NCBI GenBank assembly: GCA_903837075.1 | Contig: CAILTI010000025.1 | Location: forward strand, 1 to 61,138 | DNA: 61,138 nt | Direction: 5' to 3' | Source of the DNA: an uncultured bacterium | GTDB lineage: Bacteria > Patescibacteriota > Minisyncoccia > Phycocordibacterales > PALSA-1337 | In this document: positions 17,475-26,404 of the stretch, one piece after another | Layout of the letters: every line of letters starts with the position of its first letter | How positions within the stretch are numbered: the first letter of the stretch is position 1 | Notes under the pieces: generated by a model | What the model saw: only the letters and a program-made list of their open reading frames with translations | What the model was told of the DNA's origin: nothing | Databases searched by the model: none | Program-made: the position numbers and the translations under genes

Positions 17475-19043
17475 CTATTTTCTAACGAACAATGGTGCGG
17501 CTGGCATCTTGTTCTCTCTGATACACGTCAATATTTTGTGAGCCGTCTCAGGCAAGAATGGTTGCAACATGACCGCCACTTCTCCGAGTGCCGCGACCAA
17601 TTCACTGATGAGAGTTGTCCCCTTCTCCTTGTCAGTCTTTACCAGAGCAAAGGGTTGCTCTTTCTGTATTCGCTGGTCCAATACAGCGATCTTCTCCCAG
17701 ATGACATTCATCGCTTTCTGCAAATTGAAACTGTCTATAGCGCTGAAAAATTCTGGACTTTGAATGCTTGCAAATTTATCCATGACCGCACCATTTTCCT
17801 TTTCTTGAACATTGGATATTGGATATTGGATATTATCCCGTGCCATCTTCATGATACGCGACGTCAGATTGCCGAGGCCGTTGGCCAGACCAGCGTTATA
17901 AGTCTCTTTGAATTTCTCTATCGTGAACGGACTATCTTCAAATGGATGTAGTTCTTTGGTAACGAAATAGCGGAATGCATCTGTGCCGAACTCATTTATA
18001 ACATCGATCGGACTGACCGTATTTCCTAGAGATTTGGACATCTTGACCCCACCTGCACCTGTCACGAAACCGTTCACAACTATGACCTTGGACGGAGTGA
18101 GACCTACGGCCATGAGCATCGCCTGCCACATCGCTGACTGCTGACGGAGATTGTCTTTGCCGCAGTATTGGACCACACCACCAGTTTCTTTCCACCATTT
18201 ATCAAATAAACTCTCGTCGTCCGGCCAGCCGATCGTGGAAATATAGTTTACTAGGGCATCGAACCAGACGTACATAACATGTGTTGTGTCTCCCGGAACT
18301 GGTATGCCCCAAGGCATCTTGCTAGAGAGTCTCGTGACACTGAAATCCTCTATTCCCCTCTCCACGAATGCACGGATCTCATTCAGCCTAGAGTTAGGAA
18401 TAACGAAAGAATTCTGATTCTCTGCATTCGATGTTGAGGCCGAGCCGCGTTCATATAGATCCATGAGCGGTTTCTGATATAGGCTGAATCGAAAAAAGTA
18501 GTTCTCTTCCTCGATGATCTCGATCTCTTGCAATGCATGTAGCGGGCACTTTCCGTCTACTAGCTCAGACTCGGTCTTTTCTAGCTCACAACCATTACAA
18601 TATTTTATAGCGTAATTTTTCTTGTAAATCAGACCATTCTTGTCGGCCATCTTCCAGAAGGCTTGGGCTGCCATGATATGGTGTGGATCAGTGGTACGTG
18701 TGAACTTTATATCCGCACTGATCCCGAGGATCGGGAGGAGTTCTTTGAACTTTGCCGCGGCACCATCTACATATTTCTGTGGGTCGACGTGCGCTTGCAC
18801 TGCTTTTTGATAAACCTTCACTCCATGCTCATCTGTGCCAGTATTGAAAAAAACATCGAAACCCATAAGTTTCTTGTACCTAGCGATGACGTCGGCACGA
18901 ATGAACTCCAGTGCGTGGCCAACATGCGGCTCAGCATTTACATACGGCAATGTGGTGGTGATATAGAACGGTCTTTTTGCCACAGATCCTGGGGCAGGCT
19001 TCTGTGCCGCATTATTGGCGGCTTTGGTCGTTGCTTTTGACAT
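17475..19043 (-). CDS. metG: Methionyl-tRNA synthetase
   Basis: PYVNAEPHVGHALE (HIGH-type) and KMSKSLGN. Its stop abuts the tatD start. Confidence 0.95.
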   Translation of the reverse strand: MSKATTKAANNAAQKPAPGSVAKRPFYITTTLPYVNAEPHVGHALEFIRADVIARYKKLMGFDVFFNTGTDEHGVKVYQKAVQAHVDPQKYVDGAAAKFKELLPILGISADIKFTRTTDPHHIMAAQAFWKMADKNGLIYKKNYAIKYCNGCELEKTESELVDGKCPLHALQEIEIIEEENYFFRFSLYQKPLMDLYERGSASTSNAENQNSFVIPNSRLNEIRAFVERGIEDFSVTRLSSKMPWGIPVPGDTTHVMYVWFDALVNYISTIGWPDDESLFDKWWKETGGVVQYCGKDNLRQQSAMWQAMLMAVGLTPSKVIVVNGFVTGAGGVKMSKSLGNTVSPIDVINEFGTDAFRYFVTKELHPFEDSPFTIEKFKETYNAGLANGLGNLTSRIMKMARDNIQYPISNVQEKENGAVMDKFASIQSPEFFSAIDSFNLQKAMNVIWEKIAVLDQRIQKEQPFALVKTDKEKGTTLISELVAALGEVAVMLQPFLPETAHKILTCIRENKMPAAPLFVRK

Positions 19044-19108
19044 ATGGAACTAGTGTACAGGTAAAGAAATCCCGCGACAAGGCCTCTCCTTGTCTATATA
19101 TTTAATCA

Positions 19109-20206
19109 TCAGATCTTCCCCACCTTCTCTAGAGATGCCCTCTCGGCCCTCTCGGCGTTCTTGTATTTCTCGATGTCATGAATATATTCCATGAGTGCGG
19201 CAGAGAGTGGCACAGCGATAAGTGCCCCCAAAACTCCAGCAAGCTTGGCACCGATCACCAAAGCCAGGATAACGACGATCGGAGAAATACCAACGATCTT
19301 CCGAACTACCAGAGGATAGAAGACCTGACTCTCGAGCTGATAGATGATGAGATATAGACCCAGGAGGAGCAGACCAACACTGAAACCACGGTCAGTAAAA
19401 GCGAGCAGTATTGGCGGGATAGATGATATGATCGGGCCGAATATCGGGATGATTTCCAAGATCGCCGCGAGTAATGCGAAGAGTAATGCATGCTCGATAC
19501 CGACAGACTTTAGCAGGATATAAACCAGAACACCGACAACGATACCGAGAATGATCTGACCCTGTAACCACAGTGCGATCTTGCGTTGTGATCTCTTCCA
19601 GAGATCTATGATGTATTCATGATGCTTGACCGGTGCAACGATGCGCAAGAAATCATCCACACCGTCCTCCTTTACCGCCAGATAGAATGACAGCACGACG
19701 ATCAGGATAAAACTCAACAACCCACCGAATATCGCGCCCAAAGTTTGGAATAACGTGTCAGTGTTGCCGGCAACCAATGATCGCAGCTGATTGACTATAT
19801 TTGTGAGTGACAGTGTATGTTCCCCGAAACTATATGAGGAACCGAAGTTGATTCCTATGTTACTGATAGGGCTCCAGAGCTCTTGGAATGTAACCGTTTT
19901 TGGCAGAGTCGTTAGGAAATTGGTAGCATCACTGACGAGTAGAGGCATGAAGAAGACGAAGACGGCCGCAAGGAGCAATGACAATACGATATATATCGTG
20001 ATCACGCTCGCCACCCTATGGATCTTGCGCCTCTTTAATCTCCGAACTAATGGCTCTATGGCCGAAGCGATAACTATCGCGGCTACCATGACGACCACAA
20101 CATCTGACAAGTAGTATATCGCACCCATGAGGAGGAGAACGAGAAAGAAGCGAATGATCGTGCCCGTATTTATAGATATTTTGGCAATTGGATTTTGATC
20201 TGTCAT
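19109..20206 (-). CDS. AI-2E family transporter (PerM/UPF0118-like permease)
   Basis: 365 aa, about 8 TM helices, typical ..IL.IIP..GP.I.. segment (ILEIIPIFGPIISSIP). Confidence 0.8.
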   Translation of the reverse strand: MTDQNPIAKISINTGTIIRFFLVLLLMGAIYYLSDVVVVMVAAIVIASAIEPLVRRLKRRKIHRVASVITIYIVLSLLLAAVFVFFMPLLVSDATNFLTTLPKTVTFQELWSPISNIGINFGSSYSFGEHTLSLTNIVNQLRSLVAGNTDTLFQTLGAIFGGLLSFILIVVLSFYLAVKEDGVDDFLRIVAPVKHHEYIIDLWKRSQRKIALWLQGQIILGIVVGVLVYILLKSVGIEHALLFALLAAILEIIPIFGPIISSIPPILLAFTDRGFSVGLLLLGLYLIIYQLESQVFYPLVVRKIVGISPIVVILALVIGAKLAGVLGALIAVPLSAALMEYIHDIEKYKNAERAERASLEKVGKI

Positions 20207-20239
20207 GGTATTTATAATTATAATTATATGAATATTGAT

Positions 20240-21514
20240 TTATAAATCAAATTTGAAATACGACTCGAATCCGTCCCCAGACTGGAATTTCCCTATTATG
20301 GCCATATTGAGACCCTTATCTACGAAGATCTGACGAGCGAGTTTTTGGATATCATCCGCGGTAACAGCACTGACCTTGGACATGAACTCCTCCGGCGTAT
20401 CTATGCGCTTCTTCAATATTTCCTGCACACCACAATATTCCGCGCGCGATTCTGAGGTTTCCAGTTCGAGTAGAGTCGTTCCTGAGATGTAGTCTTTGAC
20501 CTTCTTGAGTTCCGCCGGGCTGACGAGGTCATTCTTCAGATTCACACATTGCTTCAATATTTCTCTCACTGCTTCCTCAACTCTCACATTATCAACTCCC
20601 GCTGATATAGAGATTTCACCATGATCAGTTGACACATCATGCGACGCGCGAATGTAATAACATATACCGAGCTCATCTCTCATCTTGGAAAATAGCCTCG
20701 AGCTCATTCCCCCTCCCAAGATAGTGGTCAAAACTGCCATGGTCGGTATCCTCGGATCAGTTATCGAAAATGTTCTGGCGGCGATAACTAGGTGTGTCTG
20801 ATCTGTTTCTTTGAAAAAAGTCTTGATGGCAGGTAACTGTTGTTCCTCAGTGACGGCGAGTTTGGCTTTCTTTGGATCAGCAACAACACTAGAGAACGCT
20901 TTCTCGATCTTCGATATCGTCTCCCCTTCATCAAATGAACCGGCAACGAGAACTGTCGTGGCCGAACTCACGTAATTATCCTTCCTATATTTGGTAAAAT
21001 CTTCACGACTGAATGCGCGAATGTTTTCTTCCGAACCAAGGACACTCCATCCTGCCGGCTGATCGCCGAACATGAGTTCTCCGAGGATCTCGTGGACGCG
21101 ACGCTGAGGTAGATCGTTGTACATACGTACTTCTTCGATGATCACACCCTTTTCCTTGGTTATCTCCGCTTCATCGAAAAGTGGATTCATGTACATATCA
21201 CTCACTATATCTATGAGACTATCTAGACTGCGTGATGCTGCCTTGGCGTAATACCCAGTGAATTCCTGTGTCGTAAAGGCATTGTAATGAGCGCCCAACG
21301 AATCTAGCTCACGAGAGATGTCACTTGCCTTCGGCCGTCGTGGCGTTCCCTTGAAGACCATGTGTTCCAGAAAATGTGATATGCCGTTCTGCTTCTTTGT
21401 TTCATATTTCGATCCCGCCTCTACCATAACTAAGATAGTTACAGAAGGATTGTCTGTCATCGGAACAGTGATGATGCGCAAGCCATTATTTAGAACTGTC
21501 TTTGTGAATTTCAT
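20240..21514 (-). CDS. M16 family zinc peptidase (insulinase-like)
   Basis: Inverted zinc motif HFLEHMVFKGT. 424 aa. Confidence 0.9.
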   Translation of the reverse strand: MKFTKTVLNNGLRIITVPMTDNPSVTILVMVEAGSKYETKKQNGISHFLEHMVFKGTPRRPKASDISRELDSLGAHYNAFTTQEFTGYYAKAASRSLDSLIDIVSDMYMNPLFDEAEITKEKGVIIEEVRMYNDLPQRRVHEILGELMFGDQPAGWSVLGSEENIRAFSREDFTKYRKDNYVSSATTVLVAGSFDEGETISKIEKAFSSVVADPKKAKLAVTEEQQLPAIKTFFKETDQTHLVIAARTFSITDPRIPTMAVLTTILGGGMSSRLFSKMRDELGICYYIRASHDVSTDHGEISISAGVDNVRVEEAVREILKQCVNLKNDLVSPAELKKVKDYISGTTLLELETSESRAEYCGVQEILKKRIDTPEEFMSKVSAVTADDIQKLARQIFVDKGLNMAIIGKFQSGDGFESYFKFDL

Positions 21515-21538
21515 ATATTAAATGTAGCACATAAGTAT

Positions 21539-21646
21539 AATCTTGGTAACAGAGTGTAGAAGGGGTACGGATATTTTCCTGCTGGAAAATTCCTCGTGCT
21601 CGCACCAGTGCTCGCAAGCCCCCTTCTCCCCTCTGTTACCAAGATT
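21539..21646 (+). repeat. Family B element, intergenic copy 18 nt after the glyQS stop
   Basis: 62-nt core GGGGTACGGATATTTTCCTGCTGGAAAATTCCTCGTGCTCGCACCAGTGCTCGCAAGCCCCC flanked by AATCTTGGTAACAGAG / CTCTGTTACCAAGATT. Confidence 0.9.
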
Positions 21647-21664
21647 TTTAGTGTCATTCACTCC

Positions 21665-22996
21665 CTAGCCCTTAACCTTGTCCTTCAAATATTTGAGTAA
21701 CTCACCTTCCGCCACTCTCTCCTGCTTCCCAGAATCACGGTCGCGAACTGTGACACCATTACCTTTTTCTATTGTTTCGAAATCGATGGTGACACAGAAT
21801 GGTGTTCCGATCTCATCCTGGCGGCGATAGCGCTTGCCGACATTACCATTGTCATCATAGTCAGTCATCGGAATGTCTTTCTGAATAGTAGCGAACACTT
21901 CCTCAGCTTTCTTCACGAGCTCAGGTTTATTGCGGAGTAGTGGAAAGACTGCAACTTTGTAAGGTGCCACGGAAGGATGTAGCTTGAGATATATCCTCTT
22001 GTCACCTCCCATATCATCCTCAGTATACGCGTCACAGAGTATCGCCAATACCGATCGATCCAATCCGAACGAAGGTTCGATGCAATGCGGCACGAATCTC
22101 TCCTTTTTCTCCTCATCATAATACGACAGATCTACCTTACTGAACTCCGAATGCTGTTTCAGATCAAAATCACCTCGATACGCGAGACCATACAACTCCT
22201 TCCTACCAAATGGGAAATCATATTCAAAGTCTATCGTCCTCCTGGAATAATGTGCACGATCACTCTCTGGTACTTCCAGTTCATGAATCCTGGTAGCGCT
22301 GAGGCCGATATCAGACATAAAGGCATTCATCTCCGCACGGAAATACTCGAATGACTTTTCCCAATCCTTTGGATCGACGAAGTATTCTATCTCCATCTGT
22401 TCGAATTCTCTCGAGCGAAAGAGGAAATCTCGTGGTGCGATCTCGTTCCTGAAAGCCTTGCCGATCTGTGCCATACCGAACGGTAGTCGAGGATGTTCAG
22501 TATCTAGAATATTTTTGAAATTCACAAACATACCCTGAGCTGTCTCTGGTCGCAGATATGAGATAGATGATGCATCCTGCACAGCTCCGACATGTGTCTC
22601 GAACATCATATTGAACTGTCTCTGAGCTCCGAGTTCCCCACCACAATCAGGGCATTTCCCTTTTTCCGAATCAGCGGCGGTTATCTGATCAGCACGAAAT
22701 CTATGCTTGCACTTCTTACATTCTACCAACGGATCAGCGAAACCGGCCGCATGACCACTGGCCTGCCAAACTTTCTGATTCATGAGGATAGCGGCGTTCA
22801 CTTTGAACATATTCCCTTTGCCCCAGACAAAGCGCCTCAACCACACTGATTGGACGTTCCATTTCAAGGCCTCGCCCAAAGGTCCATAATCCCACGTTCC
22901 CGCCAATCCGCCATATATTTCGGACCCCTGAAACACGAAACCTCGTCGCTTACATAGAGCAACTATTGCGTCCATCTTGTCTTCTATTTTATTCAT
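21665..22996 (-). CDS. glyQS: Glycyl-tRNA synthetase (dimeric class II type)
   Basis: 443 aa. RPETAQGMFVNF, FRNEI.PR, GLDR motifs. Confidence 0.95.
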   Translation of the reverse strand: MNKIEDKMDAIVALCKRRGFVFQGSEIYGGLAGTWDYGPLGEALKWNVQSVWLRRFVWGKGNMFKVNAAILMNQKVWQASGHAAGFADPLVECKKCKHRFRADQITAADSEKGKCPDCGGELGAQRQFNMMFETHVGAVQDASSISYLRPETAQGMFVNFKNILDTEHPRLPFGMAQIGKAFRNEIAPRDFLFRSREFEQMEIEYFVDPKDWEKSFEYFRAEMNAFMSDIGLSATRIHELEVPESDRAHYSRRTIDFEYDFPFGRKELYGLAYRGDFDLKQHSEFSKVDLSYYDEEKKERFVPHCIEPSFGLDRSVLAILCDAYTEDDMGGDKRIYLKLHPSVAPYKVAVFPLLRNKPELVKKAEEVFATIQKDIPMTDYDDNGNVGKRYRRQDEIGTPFCVTIDFETIEKGNGVTVRDRDSGKQERVAEGELLKYLKDKVKG

Positions 22997-23073
22997 ACTG
23001 ATATTCTACACTTAAAAAGGTCTTGGAGGCAATGGTCTATTTGACTTTACGGACTTTACGGACTTCAAGGACT

Positions 23074-25008
23074 TCACTTCACATTCCCATCTCCATCCTT
23101 GTAAGCAGGATCGGTACTGAATCTACTCGTCATATTACCTTGGGTACTAGTAAGCTTCGCGCCAGTAAATGAATCGAGGCCCGTGAGTGTAGCCGTATCT
23201 ATCAACATGATCGTCTGACCGATGAGATCAACTCCCGGCATCACCGACACCTGGAATGCCACCTCCCGCCTCTTGTTCGTATTCAATGTATAGGTGCCAA
23301 TATTACCTACTTGCCAAGTGATCTTGCCAGTATTGGAATCATAAGTAACATTCTCGCTACTAGGACTAACATTCTTCATCCATTTCACATTTGTCGGCAG
23401 TATAGCTGTGACCTCCGCATTACCGACAGGATTCGAAGTGTTATCAACATCCCAGATCACAGTGAATGTCGTCACCTTCTCCGCCTTGAGTGGTACAGGA
23501 CCAGTGTTCGTGAATGGGCCGACTGTGCGCACGACCCTACCAGACAGACTCACATTCGAAGCGACACGGATCACCCTCGTCGAGACAGCAGACAAACTAC
23601 TCGATACACCTGTTTCCTGTGTGCGATTTCCAGAGACGGTTACCGAAGTCAGTATTTGTGGATTGGTGACGGAACTATTAACAGTACTAGTACTCTTTGG
23701 GATGAGACTGAACGAAACCACACCAGTCGCACCTGCCGCAACTGACGCCAGGTCAGGATTGGTTTGTTGATTCCAGACGATCTGATCTGATATTGATTGG
23801 AAACTTCCCAGACGAGGTTGAACGTTCAGCTTGTCGTACGCAGTACCAGATAGCTTGGCAGTTATAACCATATTGGAAACAGAAACGGGCAGATTGTTTA
23901 CCCAGTCAATCTCGATATTGTTACTAGATCCTGATTGGCCTATATAGTCAGTACTGGTCTCGTCACCATTTATCGATACTGCCAATGAGATGAATGGCTT
24001 CTGCACAGTCACATCATGCTCTACCGCCATGTATTGCGTCCCGATATTTTTCTGATCCGTTGAACTCTGTGCCCCAACTGCGAATCTGAAAACTCGGAGT
24101 TCACTGTCTTCACCAGTTAGCTTTCCATGAATAATGATATTCCTCGCTCCACCTGGAGGTATGTCACCTATTTTCCAAGTCGCGTTGTCTGTGAGCGGCT
24201 TGATATCAGCAGAGATGAATGCGTAACCTGGTGGATACTGTGCTTTCATAACAATACTCTTCAATGTGTCCTGAGAATTGGATTTGAGGCCCACCTTCAT
24301 ATCGAACTCCTGACCAGACGCGACCTCCTTGAATGTATCTACTGTGACACTGATCGGCGAGGAACTGATGAGGACGTCATACGTAGTATTTTTCGTAAAA
24401 AGTGAATTGGATCCTTTGACTTTGTAAGCGACTGTTACAACGATACTTCTCTGAGTATTTTCTTCTCCGAACATGATAGCTTTCACAGTCTTCTCTGCGG
24501 CGCTCCCTGCTGATATATCCCCTAACAATTCTTGAAACTTCTTCAATTCTTTGGTCGAATCAACCGGATCTGTTGTACCTGCGGGAAATTCTACGGCGAG
24601 GTCTGCTGTCTGTAGATCAACATTGTTCTTGTTGGTTACAACGATATCGAACGCCACTGGTGTTCCACCTGGAACAGAGACTGGAGCATTCACCGTGATC
24701 GTGATGTTATCAGCAGAGATCAGGTTTGATCCATTGAAAAATAGGTACGCCCCTGTACCTAGAGCGATAACGCAGAAGATCGCGGAGCCGATCAGTATCT
24801 TTGTAAAATATGACATGGAATTATCTTCGTAGTGCTGATTCAGAGTTGGGTCAACAACGACTTCCTTCGGTTCTTCCCAACTAGTCTGAACTTCCGGAGT
24901 TCTATCTATGAAACGCAACTTGCGACGAGTACGCACATCAGGCGCTCCTCTCGAATATAGAGACTTCTTCAACTCTTCAATGTAACTTTTATCTTCTGGC
25001 TGCGTCAC
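23074..25008 (-). CDS. Membrane-anchored large extracytoplasmic protein, beta-sandwich repeats, function unknown
   Basis: 644 aa with a single TM near residue 70-90 (ILIGSAIFCVIALGTGAYLFF). No catalytic motif seen. Confidence 0.6.
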   Translation of the reverse strand: MTQPEDKSYIEELKKSLYSRGAPDVRTRRKLRFIDRTPEVQTSWEEPKEVVVDPTLNQHYEDNSMSYFTKILIGSAIFCVIALGTGAYLFFNGSNLISADNITITVNAPVSVPGGTPVAFDIVVTNKNNVDLQTADLAVEFPAGTTDPVDSTKELKKFQELLGDISAGSAAEKTVKAIMFGEENTQRSIVVTVAYKVKGSNSLFTKNTTYDVLISSSPISVTVDTFKEVASGQEFDMKVGLKSNSQDTLKSIVMKAQYPPGYAFISADIKPLTDNATWKIGDIPPGGARNIIIHGKLTGEDSELRVFRFAVGAQSSTDQKNIGTQYMAVEHDVTVQKPFISLAVSINGDETSTDYIGQSGSSNNIEIDWVNNLPVSVSNMVITAKLSGTAYDKLNVQPRLGSFQSISDQIVWNQQTNPDLASVAAGATGVVSFSLIPKSTSTVNSSVTNPQILTSVTVSGNRTQETGVSSSLSAVSTRVIRVASNVSLSGRVVRTVGPFTNTGPVPLKAEKVTTFTVIWDVDNTSNPVGNAEVTAILPTNVKWMKNVSPSSENVTYDSNTGKITWQVGNIGTYTLNTNKRREVAFQVSVMPGVDLIGQTIMLIDTATLTGLDSFTGAKLTSTQGNMTSRFSTDPAYKDGDGNVK

Positions 25009-25053
25009 CGCTACATTTTACAACTAAATGGATCAAATGACCATTGACCAACG

Positions 25054-25081
25054 AAAAAGTCGCTACCAACTAGGCAGCGAC
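25054..25081 (-). terminator. Intrinsic terminator downstream of the 62-aa ORF
   Basis: Minus strand: GTCGCT gcctagttggt AGCGAC TTTTT. Confidence 0.55.
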
Positions 25082-25134
25082 TGTGAATTTCTGTACTTGG
25101 AATTGCATTCATGACACTATTCGAGAATGACAGA

Positions 25135-25323
25135 TCATTGGAAACGAGTTCTGAGCCATCGAACGAACCTCGAGGACCAATGATCGCGCTTGGCTTTCAT
25201 GGTGGCGATAAGTTCCAGTTTTCGCTCCCTGTTCGATACCGTATGGGCTGGCGTTCTCCAGATGTCTGTCGGCCTCAATCTGTCATAGAGTGCAGCTTCC
25301 TGCCTATTCATTTTTGCGTGCAT
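25135..25323 (-). CDS. Small basic protein (62 aa), hypothetical
   Basis: The ORF is bracketed by its own hairpins (recO terminator upstream, hairpin plus T5 downstream). No motif recognised; it could be non-coding. Confidence 0.3.
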   Translation of the reverse strand: MHAKMNRQEAALYDRLRPTDIWRTPAHTVSNRERKLELIATMKAKRDHWSSRFVRWLRTRFQ

Positions 25324-25350
25324 ACTGAGTACGATACTAACACGAATAGA

Positions 25351-25378
25351 GGTCCGAGAACATCTGACCTCTCGGACC
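25351..25378 (-). terminator. Hairpin after recO stop
   Basis: GGTCCGAGA / TCTCGGACC, 9-bp stem, with a moderately T-rich tail on the minus strand. Confidence 0.5.
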
Positions 25379-25419
25379 GCGGCTCGGCGACCAATATCTC
25401 ATATTTCACACTGGATCAC

Positions 25420-26088
25420 TCACAGCATCGACTCCTTCAGTGCCCTATTGATATGTTGATTCAATAATGTCCTCTTGCTATGAAGTTCGACTAACAATAC
25501 CCGATCGATATCTTTCGATTGCAAGATACTATCGATCCCCGAGATATTTCCAATATAGCCCAATGTAAATAGCATCCTAGCTACTATCAATGATTCCAGA
25601 GTTATTATCTCTTCCGCCTGTCCTGAAACATTCGCCAAATAATTCATCTCCAGAAACTTGGCGCACGCGATGATGTAATCGAACAATTCTGGGTGTGCCT
25701 CTTCACCATGGAGAAGTCTACGCAGGAGTAGGGCTATCCTAGCAACGATCTCCTGTGCATCTAGTCTCAGATCTCCCAGTTTTGCTCGTAAACTTACTGG
25801 CCCTGAGATTGCCGACAAGTCACATCGTATATCTGTACTGGCACTAACGATCCTCCAATACTCCCTTCCTCTCACCAGCGAATATGTGCCGAATGAATAA
25901 TCTTGGATATGATATCGGAGTTTCGACTTTTCCAATCGTATTCCCTGCGCCGTAGCGTAGATGAGTCCAAATTCGCGCGTAAATATATTCAATATTTTAC
26001 CCGCATCTCCATAAGGACGCGAACCAACGATGAATCCAGCTGTAGTGTGAATAGTATGCATATCGACAAGGCCTCGCCTCGTCATCAT
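25420..26088 (-). CDS. recO: DNA repair protein RecO
   Basis: GFIVGSRPYGDAGKILNIFTREFGLIYATAQGIR... is a typical RecO N-terminal OB region. Confidence 0.8.
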   Translation of the reverse strand: MMTRRGLVDMHTIHTTAGFIVGSRPYGDAGKILNIFTREFGLIYATAQGIRLEKSKLRYHIQDYSFGTYSLVRGREYWRIVSASTDIRCDLSAISGPVSLRAKLGDLRLDAQEIVARIALLLRRLLHGEEAHPELFDYIIACAKFLEMNYLANVSGQAEEIITLESLIVARMLFTLGYIGNISGIDSILQSKDIDRVLLVELHSKRTLLNQHINRALKESML

Positions 26089-26118
26089 TATATGACCACT
26101 ATCGATCTATTCATATCC

Positions 26119-26146
26119 TTGACAAACATAGTGATCATGCTATGCT
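26119..26146 (+). promoter_or_regulatory. Sigma70-like promoter TTGACA-16-TATGCT
   Basis: TTGACA at 26119-26124, TATGCT at 26141-26146. Confidence 0.45.
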
Positions 26147-26152
26147 CGTTTC

Positions 26153-26380
26153 AGACAAGTTGACGCGAGTCGCGACTTTGCCGGAAAGCCATACCCCGGT
26201 TAGGTCGCTCGACACAAAGCCCCGCCATGTCACCACCGGCCGCGGATGGATACCTCCAACCACCGCCGCAGGTTTTCCGGGGCACACGTCAACCTTGCTC
26301 CCTCCTCCAATGCAAACTGTTCCTGTATGCATCGGGAGCTCACTGGGCGTACGACTTGCTTCCTGTCGTGCGCCCTTTTT
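26153..26380 (+). ncRNA. Candidate ~228-nt structured RNA, class unknown, antisense orientation between ileS and recO
   Basis: Promoter upstream. Strong terminator GGGCGTACGAC..GTCGTGCGCCC+T5 (26345-26380). GC-rich with nested long-range helices. Only overlapping junk ORFs in several frames. Confidence 0.4.
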
Positions 26381-26404
26381 CATATCTCACTGAGTATCTG
26401 CCTA

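Noticed and set aside
25111-25467. 118-aa plus-strand ORF between the 644-aa gene and recO
   Set aside because: It runs through two minus-strand terminator hairpins and overlaps the recO 3' end. The opposite-strand 62-aa ORF fits the hairpin layout better, though it too has low confidence.
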